A DNA stretch of 64,000 nt from Candidatus Latescibacterota bacterium (lineage in GTDB: Bacteria > Latescibacterota > UBA2968 > GCA-2709665): contig CAXXXF010000016.1 of NCBI GenBank assembly GCA_963667175.2, positions 224,001 to 288,000 of the forward strand, in the 5' to 3' direction. Within the stretch, counting starts at the first letter, position 1, and each line of letters opens with the position of its first letter. Of this stretch, positions 10,175 through 18,995 are shown one piece after another. A program made the position numbers and the translations under genes. The notes below the pieces were generated by a model. That model was not told where the DNA came from, searched no databases, and was given only the letters and a program-made list of their open reading frames with translations.

Positions 10175-11095
10175 TCAGGCAGGATTCCGCTTTTGTACCA
10201 GGCGCAGTTCCTTGAGCAACTCCCTTACGGACGTGAGTTCCGGATCGATGCGGAGCGCCTCGTTCAACGCGTCGATCGCCTTCTGCAGGGCCGACGAATC
10301 ATTGCGACGATCGGACAACCTCCAGAAACACAGGCCGATTACGTGATGCGCCCTGGCCTGGTCGTCCTTTTCAAGGTACTGATACGCCAGTGCTTTGCTG
10401 GCCAGGTCGATGCCTTCCTCGTAGCGGGCCGCCCGGAAGGTGTAATACGCCGCGAACACCCTTGCATGGGCAATCGCATCATCTCCAACGCCGTATTCCA
10501 GTCCCCTACGCACAATCCGAAGCGCTTCGGAATAACGCCTGATCCCCTCCAGCATTCGCGCGACGTCGGTGGCCTGACGACACAATCTGTCTTTCCAGGC
10601 TTTATCCTCTTCAGTCGGACGAAATTCGTAATTCGACCATAGACTGTCCTGCCGCCCCCAGGCGACAAGCACGCTTTGTATCAACTCGGGACGACCCGTC
10701 ATGGCCCCGGATCGGGAGGCCAGGTACGTATTGTTGTAATAGAACCGACCCAGTGCCCGGACAACCGGCGGGTATCCCGGCGCGACAGAATCCACGCGCG
10801 CATAGACAGGGATCCATTCGCCGGCGCCAAGAGAATCCGATCCCGCCAGCAGCGCCTGGGCCATTGCAAGCTGCTCGCGCCGTACGGCCGCTTTCTTTCC
10901 GGACGGCGTCTCTCCATATTCTTCGGCGATCCCGGCGTATTGCGCGATTGTTCGAGGCAGGTCTTCGACCCGCTCTTCCAGATCTCGGAAAACCACGTAA
11001 TACAGCCGTTCCGCCTTCCTCGCCCTTCGCGCCGCTTCGTTGTCGCATCCGACGACTAAAGCCAGACTCAGGAAAAGGAAAATTGCTCGGTGCAT
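10175..11095 (-). CDS. tetratricopeptide-repeat lipoprotein
   Basis: Lipobox-like VVGC after a hydrophobic signal; helical TPR-like repeats ending ALRIDP. Confidence 0.7.
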   Translation of the reverse strand: MHRAIFLFLSLALVVGCDNEAARRARKAERLYYVVFRDLEERVEDLPRTIAQYAGIAEEYGETPSGKKAAVRREQLAMAQALLAGSDSLGAGEWIPVYARVDSVAPGYPPVVRALGRFYYNNTYLASRSGAMTGRPELIQSVLVAWGRQDSLWSNYEFRPTEEDKAWKDRLCRQATDVARMLEGIRRYSEALRIVRRGLEYGVGDDAIAHARVFAAYYTFRAARYEEGIDLASKALAYQYLEKDDQARAHHVIGLCFWRLSDRRNDSSALQKAIDALNEALRIDPELTSVRELLKELRLVQKRNPA

Positions 11096-11213
11096 TGCAA
11101 ATCGCTCCCCGTGTGTGTTTTTTTGTGCGCAATCATTGCGGGACGCACGACCGTTTTGCCCGTACGTCGCGTCCGTGCGTCCGTGGTTTCGGACTTGAAG
11201 GGGTACGCCAACG

Positions 11214-12182
11214 CTACTCGATGTCCGCGCGAATCGGCATCTCCGACCTGCCTTTTCGGCTCATCTTGTCGATCAGCCTCCGATTGAACTCGCGCGCCGT
11301 GTGATACCCTTGAATCTTGAGTTGATAATTCAGCGCGATGGCTTCCGCGATGACCGTGATATTCTTGCCCGGATATATCGGCACGGTCACCTGTGGAATC
11401 TCCACGTCGAGAATCGACACCCAGTCCTCCTCCAGCCCCACCCGCTCGTAGGACTCGGTCTCGTCCCATTCCACGAGTTGAACGACGACCTCCACCCGTT
11501 TCTGTATCCGAAACGCGCCGATACCGAACATATGCCGGACGTTCAGAATTCCCAGACCGCGGACTTCCATATGATCCCGAAGCGTATCTCCGCATGTCCC
11601 AACCAGAATACCCTGGAGCTTTCTGGAGACCAGCACGATGTCGTCTGCTACCAGCCGGTGCCCGCGTTCGACGAGGTCCAGTGCAATTTCACTCTTCCCG
11701 ATCCCGCTTCGACCGGTAAACAGAAGACCGATTCCGTAAACATCCACGAGAGACCCGTGGATGGCAGTCCGAGGCGCGAAGACGTCGTCCAGATAGTATG
11801 AGAATAAGTGAGAAAACTTCGTGGTTGAGAACGGTGTGACCATCAGCGGAATGCCCCGCTGTCCTGCAAGTTCCAACAGGGTCCCGGGTACCTCGTTTCC
11901 GTCGGTAACCACCACACAAGGGATGTCGAACTGAAAAACGGTTTCGAGTACCGTGCGCAGTCTGCGGGCAGACAGGCCGTCGAGGTACAACATCTCGGAG
12001 TTGCCGAGTACCTGCGCACGGTCGAAGGTAAATAGTCCTACAAACCCTGCCAGAACGAGACCGGGCCGGTGCACGTCGCTGGACGTCAGTTTCTTGTCCG
12101 TGTTTTCGTGGCCGGCAATCAACTTCAGAGCCAGCTTCTCGCCGAATTGTTCAAGGACTTCCGCGATTGATATTTCCTGCAC
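11214..12182 (-). CDS. hprK: HPr kinase/phosphorylase
   Basis: HRPGL, Walker A GRSGIGKSE, GHRLVADD, EVRGLGILNV; GTG start chosen. Confidence 0.97.
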   Translation of the reverse strand: MQEISIAEVLEQFGEKLALKLIAGHENTDKKLTSSDVHRPGLVLAGFVGLFTFDRAQVLGNSEMLYLDGLSARRLRTVLETVFQFDIPCVVVTDGNEVPGTLLELAGQRGIPLMVTPFSTTKFSHLFSYYLDDVFAPRTAIHGSLVDVYGIGLLFTGRSGIGKSEIALDLVERGHRLVADDIVLVSRKLQGILVGTCGDTLRDHMEVRGLGILNVRHMFGIGAFRIQKRVEVVVQLVEWDETESYERVGLEEDWVSILDVEIPQVTVPIYPGKNITVIAEAIALNYQLKIQGYHTAREFNRRLIDKMSRKGRSEMPIRADIE

Positions 12183-12321
12183 ACGGCGCTCCGGATTCCG
12201 GCAATGGCGCAAGCCTGAAGACGAGGATCAGGCGACAGAATCCGGATGACCGGCACGCCATTCGCCACCCCGAGGACGAACGCACATAACCTTTAGATTA
12301 ATAGGTTGTTGCAGGAGTCGG

Positions 12322-12350
12322 AATATAGGTCAAAACACCAACCCTGTCAA
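12322..12350 (-). promoter_or_regulatory. sigma70 promoter for hprK
   Basis: Minus strand TTGACA-17-TATATT. Confidence 0.65.
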
Positions 12351-12383
12351 GAAGATGGATCCCTTCGATGCGGGACTTCGAGC

Positions 12384-12412
12384 TTGACTTGAACCGGCCG
12401 AGACGCTATACT
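12384..12412 (+). promoter_or_regulatory. sigma70 promoter for the membrane-protein pair
   Basis: TTGACT-17-TATACT, back-to-back with the hprK promoter. Confidence 0.65.
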
Positions 12413-12458
12413 CCGTGCGCGGTCCGATCCCCAGTCGCAGTGGCAGAACCGAGTACGG

Positions 12459-13676
12459 GTGGAACCCATGCAATTCATCGCCAGCTTCTACGTCATCTAC
12501 GCGATCTGCCTGATCTGCCGAAATCTGTTCGTACGGCGCAAACTTGCAGCGCCTCTCGACAGTCTGCGAACGAGCCACCTGCATTTCGTTCCCATCGGGT
12601 TGGCCGTTGGCTTCATCCTGTCAATGGAGAACAGCCCTGCGGCGATCGTTGGAGACATCAAGGAAGGCCTGTTGGGCGTTATACTGGTCTGGTTCGGCAT
12701 CGTCACCGGGCTACGGTTCGACTTTCGCCGCCTGGGTCGACGCGCATCGCGTGATCATGCACTCGAAGGTCTCCAGGTCCTGGGAACCGCCGCCCTTGTC
12801 TTTTTTCTGGCCCTGTTGTGGAGGCCGGTGTTGCGGTACCAAATGGGCATTGCGGCCGAACCCGCCCTTGTCGCGTTGCTGCTGGCGACGCTGGCAACCA
12901 CGCTACGTATGCCGGATCGGGTCTTTCACGTCCGATCCGATCTTTCAACGCCCGGCGTCGAAAATGCACCCGCGGGACCGCTGATTACCAATGCGGCTGG
13001 GATGACGCTGCTTACGGTTCTTTACCCCTATTGCGCGGGCGGGACCGTTCTTGAATTGGGGCCGCTCACGCTGGTCAGCATCGGCAGTTTCTGGGCGCTA
13101 ATTGCGTGCGTGGGTGTTCTTCTGGGCCTATTGCTCACCCTTATCTTCAGCACCTTCCAGGACGATGTCCTGTGCGCGATTGTCGCAACGGGCACCGTCG
13201 CTACGGTCGGCGGTCTGTGTGCAGGCAAGGCGATTCCGGGTATTGTCGTGGGATTCATCTCCGGCGTATGGTTTATCAATACGACCACGCGGCGGCGGGA
13301 CGCGCTGGAGATTCTCGAAAAGACCACCGGCATCCTGCAGCCGGTCTTTTTTCTTGTTCTGGGGGCCCTGCTCGTAACACAGAACCTCACCGTGTTACGA
13401 TTGACCGCTTTCACCCTTCTGTTTCTCGTCGCCAGAAGTCTCGCGAGGGGAATCAGCCTGGCGGTTGCCGCCCGAGTGACCCGCTGCCCCCTTTCGCTGA
13501 CCGATATTATCGGTTCCGCGCTCAGGCCCCTCGGTACGTTGTCCGTCGCGCTGGCAGCGCAGCTGCTCCTGTTGGATTCCGGGCCCAACCTTTACGCCCT
13601 GATTGGCGCCGTCATGATTGCGGCCGCGATCGGTCAGGTGATCCCGTTACCGAAACCACGAGACGCTGCCGGCTGA
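12459..13676 (+). CDS. polytopic membrane protein, cation/proton antiporter-like
   Basis: About 12 hydrophobic segments; WFGIVTGLRFD, QPVFFLVLGA and PLGTLSVALA resemble CPA2-fold motifs. Confidence 0.55.
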   Translation: MEPMQFIASFYVIYAICLICRNLFVRRKLAAPLDSLRTSHLHFVPIGLAVGFILSMENSPAAIVGDIKEGLLGVILVWFGIVTGLRFDFRRLGRRASRDHALEGLQVLGTAALVFFLALLWRPVLRYQMGIAAEPALVALLLATLATTLRMPDRVFHVRSDLSTPGVENAPAGPLITNAAGMTLLTVLYPYCAGGTVLELGPLTLVSIGSFWALIACVGVLLGLLLTLIFSTFQDDVLCAIVATGTVATVGGLCAGKAIPGIVVGFISGVWFINTTTRRRDALEILEKTTGILQPVFFLVLGALLVTQNLTVLRLTAFTLLFLVARSLARGISLAVAARVTRCPLSLTDIIGSALRPLGTLSVALAAQLLLLDSGPNLYALIGAVMIAAAIGQVIPLPKPRDAAG

Positions 13677-13700
13677 GGCGAAACGCGGGGAAAGCATCGT

Positions 13701-14891
13701 ATGAGGCGGTTCCTTATCTGCGCCATTGTATGTGCGGTTGTCTGGGGAGCCCAGTACCATTTTCCCGACGCGATTCAACCCGTAGTGTACGCCGGTCTCA
13801 TGCTGGTTGTGCCGATGACCCTGGCAAACGCATTGTCAGGGTCGGGCATTCCCGCCCACGTTATCCCCCTATTGCTGGGTTTTCTGGCCAGCGGTTCAGG
13901 ACTTCGGCACGCGGGTGCATTCATTGCAGCTGCGCCGTTTGCCGAACTCGCGCAGGCGTGGGTTGGCCTGTACCTGGGCGCCTGTTTTTCCTATCATCGG
14001 ATCCACAGCAAGAATCTCGGCGCAGCCACCCTGCTCTCCCTGGGCGCGACGTTTGCCCCGGCCGCGCTGGCGTTGTTCCTGTTCCTGGATGTCTCGGCCG
14101 TCCAGGCAATCCGTCTGGGTCTGCTTGCCGCGATGTCCGGGCCGATGTTCACGCTCATGTCTCAACCGGACCGGCGCGAGGCCCTGTCCTTCTCGCTTCT
14201 GGCTACGATGCTGGGACTCTCATGCTGGTTCGTCGTCGACCTCATCGTGAGCACGCCCGACCTGTACAGGGTCATTCCGTCATTATTAATGTGGGTGGCG
14301 GGCGTGGAACTCATCGCAAGGATAACACACACAGTCAGAACCGGACAGGGCGGTCAGGTTCTGTTCGGCGCGATTGTGGCGACACTCTTCGTCTGTGCGC
14401 AGGCGATGCATATCTCCCCGCTGTTCCTGGCGCTCGTGACCGGCGCCGGGGTTTCCGCCCGGTCCGGGAGGTCGGGGCATTCCCTGCGGGCGATGGAACC
14501 GCTGGCGGTCCCGCTCTCACACGTCGTACTCGTGTATTTTGCGGTCAGCCTTGACCTTTCCGGCCTTCTGGGGTTCTCCGCGCTCCATTGGAAGATTCTT
14601 GTCATCTATGTAGCCGCCATGCTCCTCGGCAAGACCGTCGGCGGTCTCACCGCCGTTCGTTACGCAGGTCTGTTCCTCAGGGACTGGTCGCAGACGCTTC
14701 CTCAGGGGGTTGTCGTATTCATACTTCTGCCCGAAGTGTTCCCGTCGGGATCGGATCAGGCCATTGGCGACGGGCTGACTGCCAGTGTGGTCCTTACGTG
14801 CGGCATTGTCATCCCGCTGCTGATGGCTCCCGTTCTCTACGTGTCCGATCGCATGGATCGCCGGCGCATTCCGAATAACGTGGGGCAGTAA
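13701..14891 (+). CDS. polytopic membrane protein, cation/proton antiporter-like (second subunit)
   Basis: About 12 hydrophobic segments; ISPLFLALVTG, YFAVSLDL, MLLGK, LPQGVV. Confidence 0.55.
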   Translation: MRRFLICAIVCAVVWGAQYHFPDAIQPVVYAGLMLVVPMTLANALSGSGIPAHVIPLLLGFLASGSGLRHAGAFIAAAPFAELAQAWVGLYLGACFSYHRIHSKNLGAATLLSLGATFAPAALALFLFLDVSAVQAIRLGLLAAMSGPMFTLMSQPDRREALSFSLLATMLGLSCWFVVDLIVSTPDLYRVIPSLLMWVAGVELIARITHTVRTGQGGQVLFGAIVATLFVCAQAMHISPLFLALVTGAGVSARSGRSGHSLRAMEPLAVPLSHVVLVYFAVSLDLSGLLGFSALHWKILVIYVAAMLLGKTVGGLTAVRYAGLFLRDWSQTLPQGVVVFILLPEVFPSGSDQAIGDGLTASVVLTCGIVIPLLMAPVLYVSDRMDRRRIPNNVGQ

Positions 14892-14892
14892 C

Positions 14893-14926
14893 AAAAAAGC
14901 CACCCGCAAGCGGGATGGCCATTCTT
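14893..14926 (-). terminator. intrinsic terminator
   Basis: A6 followed by a GCCACCCGC-AA-GCGGGATGGC hairpin between convergent genes. Confidence 0.6.
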
Positions 14927-14963
14927 CCATAGAACGCAGAATCGACCTGCGGAGGGCTGGACG

Positions 14964-16211
14964 CTAATTCAACCAGCCAGACACGGAGAACGTCTGCATG
15001 ACAAAACGCTCCGAAGCCCCGTGTCGGGTCACGTCACCTCGCCTGCCGAATTCAATGACGTATCGAAAATTTCCGGCGCCGCGCGTCTCAAACGGAAGCG
15101 CAATTCCCAGACTGACACCCGCCTCGCCAATCTGCGAACCTCCCGCGGTCTTGAAATAGAGCGATCTATAGTAGGCGCCTGCGGTGAGTTCGACCCGCCG
15201 ACGGGTACTATGGGGATCCGAGTCGCCGGTTCTGTACAGGACACCGCCCGCAAGGTCGGTCGTATCGTAGCGGCCCGTTTCCGTCTTTTCCCAGAATGCC
15301 CGCTCGAAATCGAGCGCGGCCAACCAGCGGGAACCCCTGCGATATGCCAGCCCCACGCCAACGCTCGCCGGCATTTTTATATCCAGTTTCGTACGCGTTT
15401 CCTCTTCGAATCCAATTTCCGAGAAGAAATTCCGCAAAATGCGAGTCTGGGTGACGGTCGATGCCGCCCGGAACGCGGTCCCGAAGAACCATCTTCCGTT
15501 CCGGGTATATACGACGCCGATCGTGGGTTGCGCGCCACTGTGCGTGCGCACGTACCGATCCTCGCTGTTCAGAAATTCCGGGATCTGCCGATTATTGGCA
15601 TCCAACAAGAAAGAACCCACCGACCCGTCCGGCCCGTGAAGACCGAAATCTTTCGTCCATGTTTCCGTGATGGTTCCAATGGATATGACACTCAGGTTCC
15701 CGCCCAGAAGAAAGCCGCCCCACCTGTGTGCGAGTCCGAACGCAAACGCCTGAATGCCACCGGTTGCACTGACACGCAACGTGTAGGGAACTGATGAGGT
15801 GCTGTCGACGCTGACAAGGTCGAAATCAAGGTCGGTCAACGGCTCCAGGCCAAGGCCGATGACTGTGCCATCCCGGATGGGTAAGACAACCTGAAATGCC
15901 CCGATATCACCCTCCGAGACGACGTGCCGACTGCGCCCGTCATTAAGGGAACGGCGCTGTACAAAGAAGCGACTCTGCAGACCGGCGCGCGAAAATGCGG
16001 CCAGAAGCGCAGGATTTGCCAAACTGAAATTCTGGCTGTCGGCAAGCGCACGGCCGGCGCCCCCCATGCCCCTCGCTCGCACGTCGACGCGACGTTCGGA
16101 ATCTCCCACGCCGTTGAAGGAGAAAATCGACTTCGCAGAGGGTGAATCCTCCAAGGCGCAGAATACAAGAAAACCGAACAATGTCGCTGAAATTCTGCTG
16201 AAACGGTTCAC
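14964..16211 (-). CDS. outer-membrane beta-barrel, FadL/OmpP1/TodX-like
   Basis: Signal peptide, ARGMGGAG...NPA N-terminal motif, alternating beta-strands, aromatic residue near the C-terminus. Confidence 0.7.
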   Translation of the reverse strand: MNRFSRISATLFGFLVFCALEDSPSAKSIFSFNGVGDSERRVDVRARGMGGAGRALADSQNFSLANPALLAAFSRAGLQSRFFVQRRSLNDGRSRHVVSEGDIGAFQVVLPIRDGTVIGLGLEPLTDLDFDLVSVDSTSSVPYTLRVSATGGIQAFAFGLAHRWGGFLLGGNLSVISIGTITETWTKDFGLHGPDGSVGSFLLDANNRQIPEFLNSEDRYVRTHSGAQPTIGVVYTRNGRWFFGTAFRAASTVTQTRILRNFFSEIGFEEETRTKLDIKMPASVGVGLAYRRGSRWLAALDFERAFWEKTETGRYDTTDLAGGVLYRTGDSDPHSTRRRVELTAGAYYRSLYFKTAGGSQIGEAGVSLGIALPFETRGAGNFRYVIEFGRRGDVTRHGASERFVMQTFSVSGWLN

Positions 16212-16234
16212 ACTCTTCCTCGCAATAGACGATG

Positions 16235-17398
16235 CTATGGATCGGGTGGCGTTGAGTAAATTACCTTCAACATGGGACTATGGAACACAACCCAGTTGAC
16301 GTTCCAGTTCCGGCGGTCGGAAATCGGGGTGCTCAACGCGAGTCCAAGATTGCGCGTCGTCCCGGAGAGCCAGCCCTGAACGAGGGTCTGGTCCATGGCG
16401 TAAGACGCCTTCTGCGCGTCGAATCGCCACGAATTGACGACGGAGAACGTTGTGTCTCCGGTGGCCGAGTCCACGTTGATCCGTTCGACTGAAAACGTAA
16501 ACGTCTCGAACATCGACTGCGAACGGTCGTAGTTCAACCGCAACTCAGAAGACGTAACGGTCGCACCCCGCGGAATGCTGTCCGGAAGATCGAAGCGGAA
16601 AACCGGACTTAGCCTTACAATCGTAGAGAGGACCAGCATCCCCGGCTCGGGTCCGTCCCTCGCCGCCCAGTATGTATCCTCCGACGCATCCGCCACATAG
16701 GTGTAGGAGTTGCCGCCTGTCGAATACGTTATACTCAATTCCGGCAGCCTGTCGGCACTTTCAGGCCGGGCGTCGTCCCGGGAGACCAGACTCGTAAAAA
16801 ACCGTGAGCCCGCGGCGGGCTGCAGCAGCAGGTCGACCGACGCGGCCTCTGGATTCTCAAGCATTCTGGACGTGACGTACTCCGGCGGTAGTTCGATCTG
16901 TATCAGACTGTCGCCCGGAGACGAGACTGCCGCTCCGTCGATCGGGGATGACGCAAACGTCACGGCGGTATGATTGACCGTATCGGCAAACGCGTCCAGC
17001 TCATCCCACGACTCTTCCGGACGGTGTACCTGCAGGTCCTCGATCCCTCTCGTGAGCTCACGCTTCCAGATTCGCAACCGGACGGAGTGAACGTCCGGAG
17101 TCGCGGCGCCGGAAGCCGCCGAAACCATGGAATCCGGATCCAGGCTGATCCGTATCAGAGACCTGAGCGCGATACCGCCCATCCGGCCGACCATCAGCGT
17201 GTCGCTCTCACCGAACGCACGACTGAACGTACCCTCGAACCTTGTCGAGCCACCCCGGGACGGCAGCAGCGGAAGTTCCACCACCCTGCCTTGCCCGCGA
17301 GCAACAAGATCCGAACCGACCGGATTCTCCTGTCTGTCGCCGCAGCCCGGCAACAGCGCCCCAATCAGCATGATCGTCAAGTGTTGCCGGCGACACAT
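16235..17398 (-). CDS. lipoprotein, DUF4270-like
   Basis: LLPGC lipobox followed by ENPVG; beta-rich domains, ends PMLKVIYS; RBS GAGGTG before ATG 17398. Confidence 0.55.
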   Translation of the reverse strand: MCRRQHLTIMLIGALLPGCGDRQENPVGSDLVARGQGRVVELPLLPSRGGSTRFEGTFSRAFGESDTLMVGRMGGIALRSLIRISLDPDSMVSAASGAATPDVHSVRLRIWKRELTRGIEDLQVHRPEESWDELDAFADTVNHTAVTFASSPIDGAAVSSPGDSLIQIELPPEYVTSRMLENPEAASVDLLLQPAAGSRFFTSLVSRDDARPESADRLPELSITYSTGGNSYTYVADASEDTYWAARDGPEPGMLVLSTIVRLSPVFRFDLPDSIPRGATVTSSELRLNYDRSQSMFETFTFSVERINVDSATGDTTFSVVNSWRFDAQKASYAMDQTLVQGWLSGTTRNLGLALSTPISDRRNWNVNWVVFHSPMLKVIYSTPPDP

Positions 17399-17492
17399 GC
17401 GCGCACACCTCGCGATTTCGCGCTTGCCGGTAATTGTTGTCTTCCTCATCCTGTAACGCTCGATGCGGCAAATCGTTCCTGCGCGCCGGGAT

Positions 17493-18020
17493 TCAATGGA
17501 CCCGATCGATCAAGATGTCGGCCTGCTGTTCACCCGCGGCAATCGGATTCTTCGCGCAGGCGCCCTCCATATCGCCGGGCTGCGGGCCTACGAAACCGTC
17601 CCGGTCGATTTTGGCCACCATGTACATTTCGGGAATCTCCGCCAGTACGATTCCGTCTCCGAACATTCGCGCCACGTCTGACTGGGTGAGGGTATACTCG
17701 TACGGAAGCGCGGGCATCGGAATCCGCTTGAGGGCATACGGCGGTCCTCCGTCGGGCCGCTCGCGCGCGATGATAAACAAATAGGCGCCGGCCGGTACGT
17801 TGCGCCGCAACTCCCGTTCGATCCGGATGGTTCCCCGTACGGTCTTTCCCCCGGGTTCTTCGGATGGCACTCGGACCGTCGCCACGGGAGGATGCCCCGC
17901 CGGCAGGGCCGGCCGCCGCGGTTTCGGCGGTGGATGCGCACCTTCCTCGTAGTGCTGATCGCAAGCGCAGATAAACAGCAACCCTGCCAGACTTACCAGG
18001 ATACGATTGCTAGACGTCAT
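17493..18020 (-). CDS. lipoprotein with a CcmI/CycH C-terminal-like Ig domain
   Basis: ICAC lipobox, LPAGHPPV, LFIIAR...GGPPYALKR...LPYEYTL, PQPGDMEG. Confidence 0.65.
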   Translation of the reverse strand: MTSSNRILVSLAGLLFICACDQHYEEGAHPPPKPRRPALPAGHPPVATVRVPSEEPGGKTVRGTIRIERELRRNVPAGAYLFIIARERPDGGPPYALKRIPMPALPYEYTLTQSDVARMFGDGIVLAEIPEMYMVAKIDRDGFVGPQPGDMEGACAKNPIAAGEQQADILIDRVH

Positions 18021-18093
18021 GCGTCCATGCCGGGCAAAAAAACGGGCCGGACTGGCAAGAGCCGGACCGAAGACACCCAATGAAAACTTCGCG

Positions 18094-18873
18094 TTAACGG
18101 GCGTGCGCGCCTGCGAAGATTTCCTCTTCCGTCATCGTCAGAAGCGCCGGTTCGTCATCGGTGACCGCCACGACGTGTTCGAAATGCGCTGAAGGCAAAT
18201 TATCTCTGGCAGACGCCGTCCATCCGTCGTCGGCGAGTACGACCTCGGGTCTTCCAAGGTTGACCATTGGTTCAACCGCGATGACGATTCCCCGCCGCAG
18301 GCGCGGGTTTTTTTCCAGTGGCACGTAGTTCGGCACCGCGGGGTCTTCGTGAAGATTGCGTCCGATCCCGTGCCCGACGAACTGGCGCACCACGGAAAAT
18401 CCGTGTGCCTCCACCCACTGCTGGATGGAACCGCAAACGTCCTCGAGGCGGCTGCCTTCCCGAGCTCCTTCGATACCCTTGAATAGAGATTCCCGCGTTA
18501 CCCGTATCAACTTCCGGATTTCGGGCGCCACGTCGCCTATGGTATAAGAGATCGCCTGATCTCCGTAGTATCCCATCAGTCTGGCGCCGATATCGATGCT
18601 GACAAGGTCGCCTTCCCGAAGTTCCCGCTCTCCGGGTATCCCATGTACGACCTGTTCATTGACCGAGATACAGGTGGCCGCGGGATATCCGTGGTACCCT
18701 TTAAAGGCCGGAGATGCGCCGTGATCGCGAATCAGTTCCTCCGCGACCCGATCCAGACTCGACGTCGGGACTCCTGGTCGAACCCATTCCCACAGAGCCC
18801 GATGCGCAAGCCCGACAATCCGGCAGGCGTCGCGGATTTTCTTCAATTCCCGTTTCGAGCGGAGCGCGATCAA
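18094..18873 (-). CDS. map: type I methionine aminopeptidase
   Basis: CISVNEQVVHGIP, DIG...GYYGD, GHGIGRNLHEDP, EPMVN, SAHFEH. Confidence 0.97.
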   Translation of the reverse strand: MIALRSKRELKKIRDACRIVGLAHRALWEWVRPGVPTSSLDRVAEELIRDHGASPAFKGYHGYPAATCISVNEQVVHGIPGERELREGDLVSIDIGARLMGYYGDQAISYTIGDVAPEIRKLIRVTRESLFKGIEGAREGSRLEDVCGSIQQWVEAHGFSVVRQFVGHGIGRNLHEDPAVPNYVPLEKNPRLRRGIVIAVEPMVNLGRPEVVLADDGWTASARDNLPSAHFEHVVAVTDDEPALLTMTEEEIFAGAHAR

Positions 18874-18995
18874 ACTCTCACCTGTAGCCGATGGGGACGC
18901 TGGTCGTGTGCCGAAGGGTCTAATTTAACAAAAAGTAATATAAAAACAAGCACTGAAGGGCTTTCCAGGCGGATGGTCGGTTCCCAGCGCGGCGA

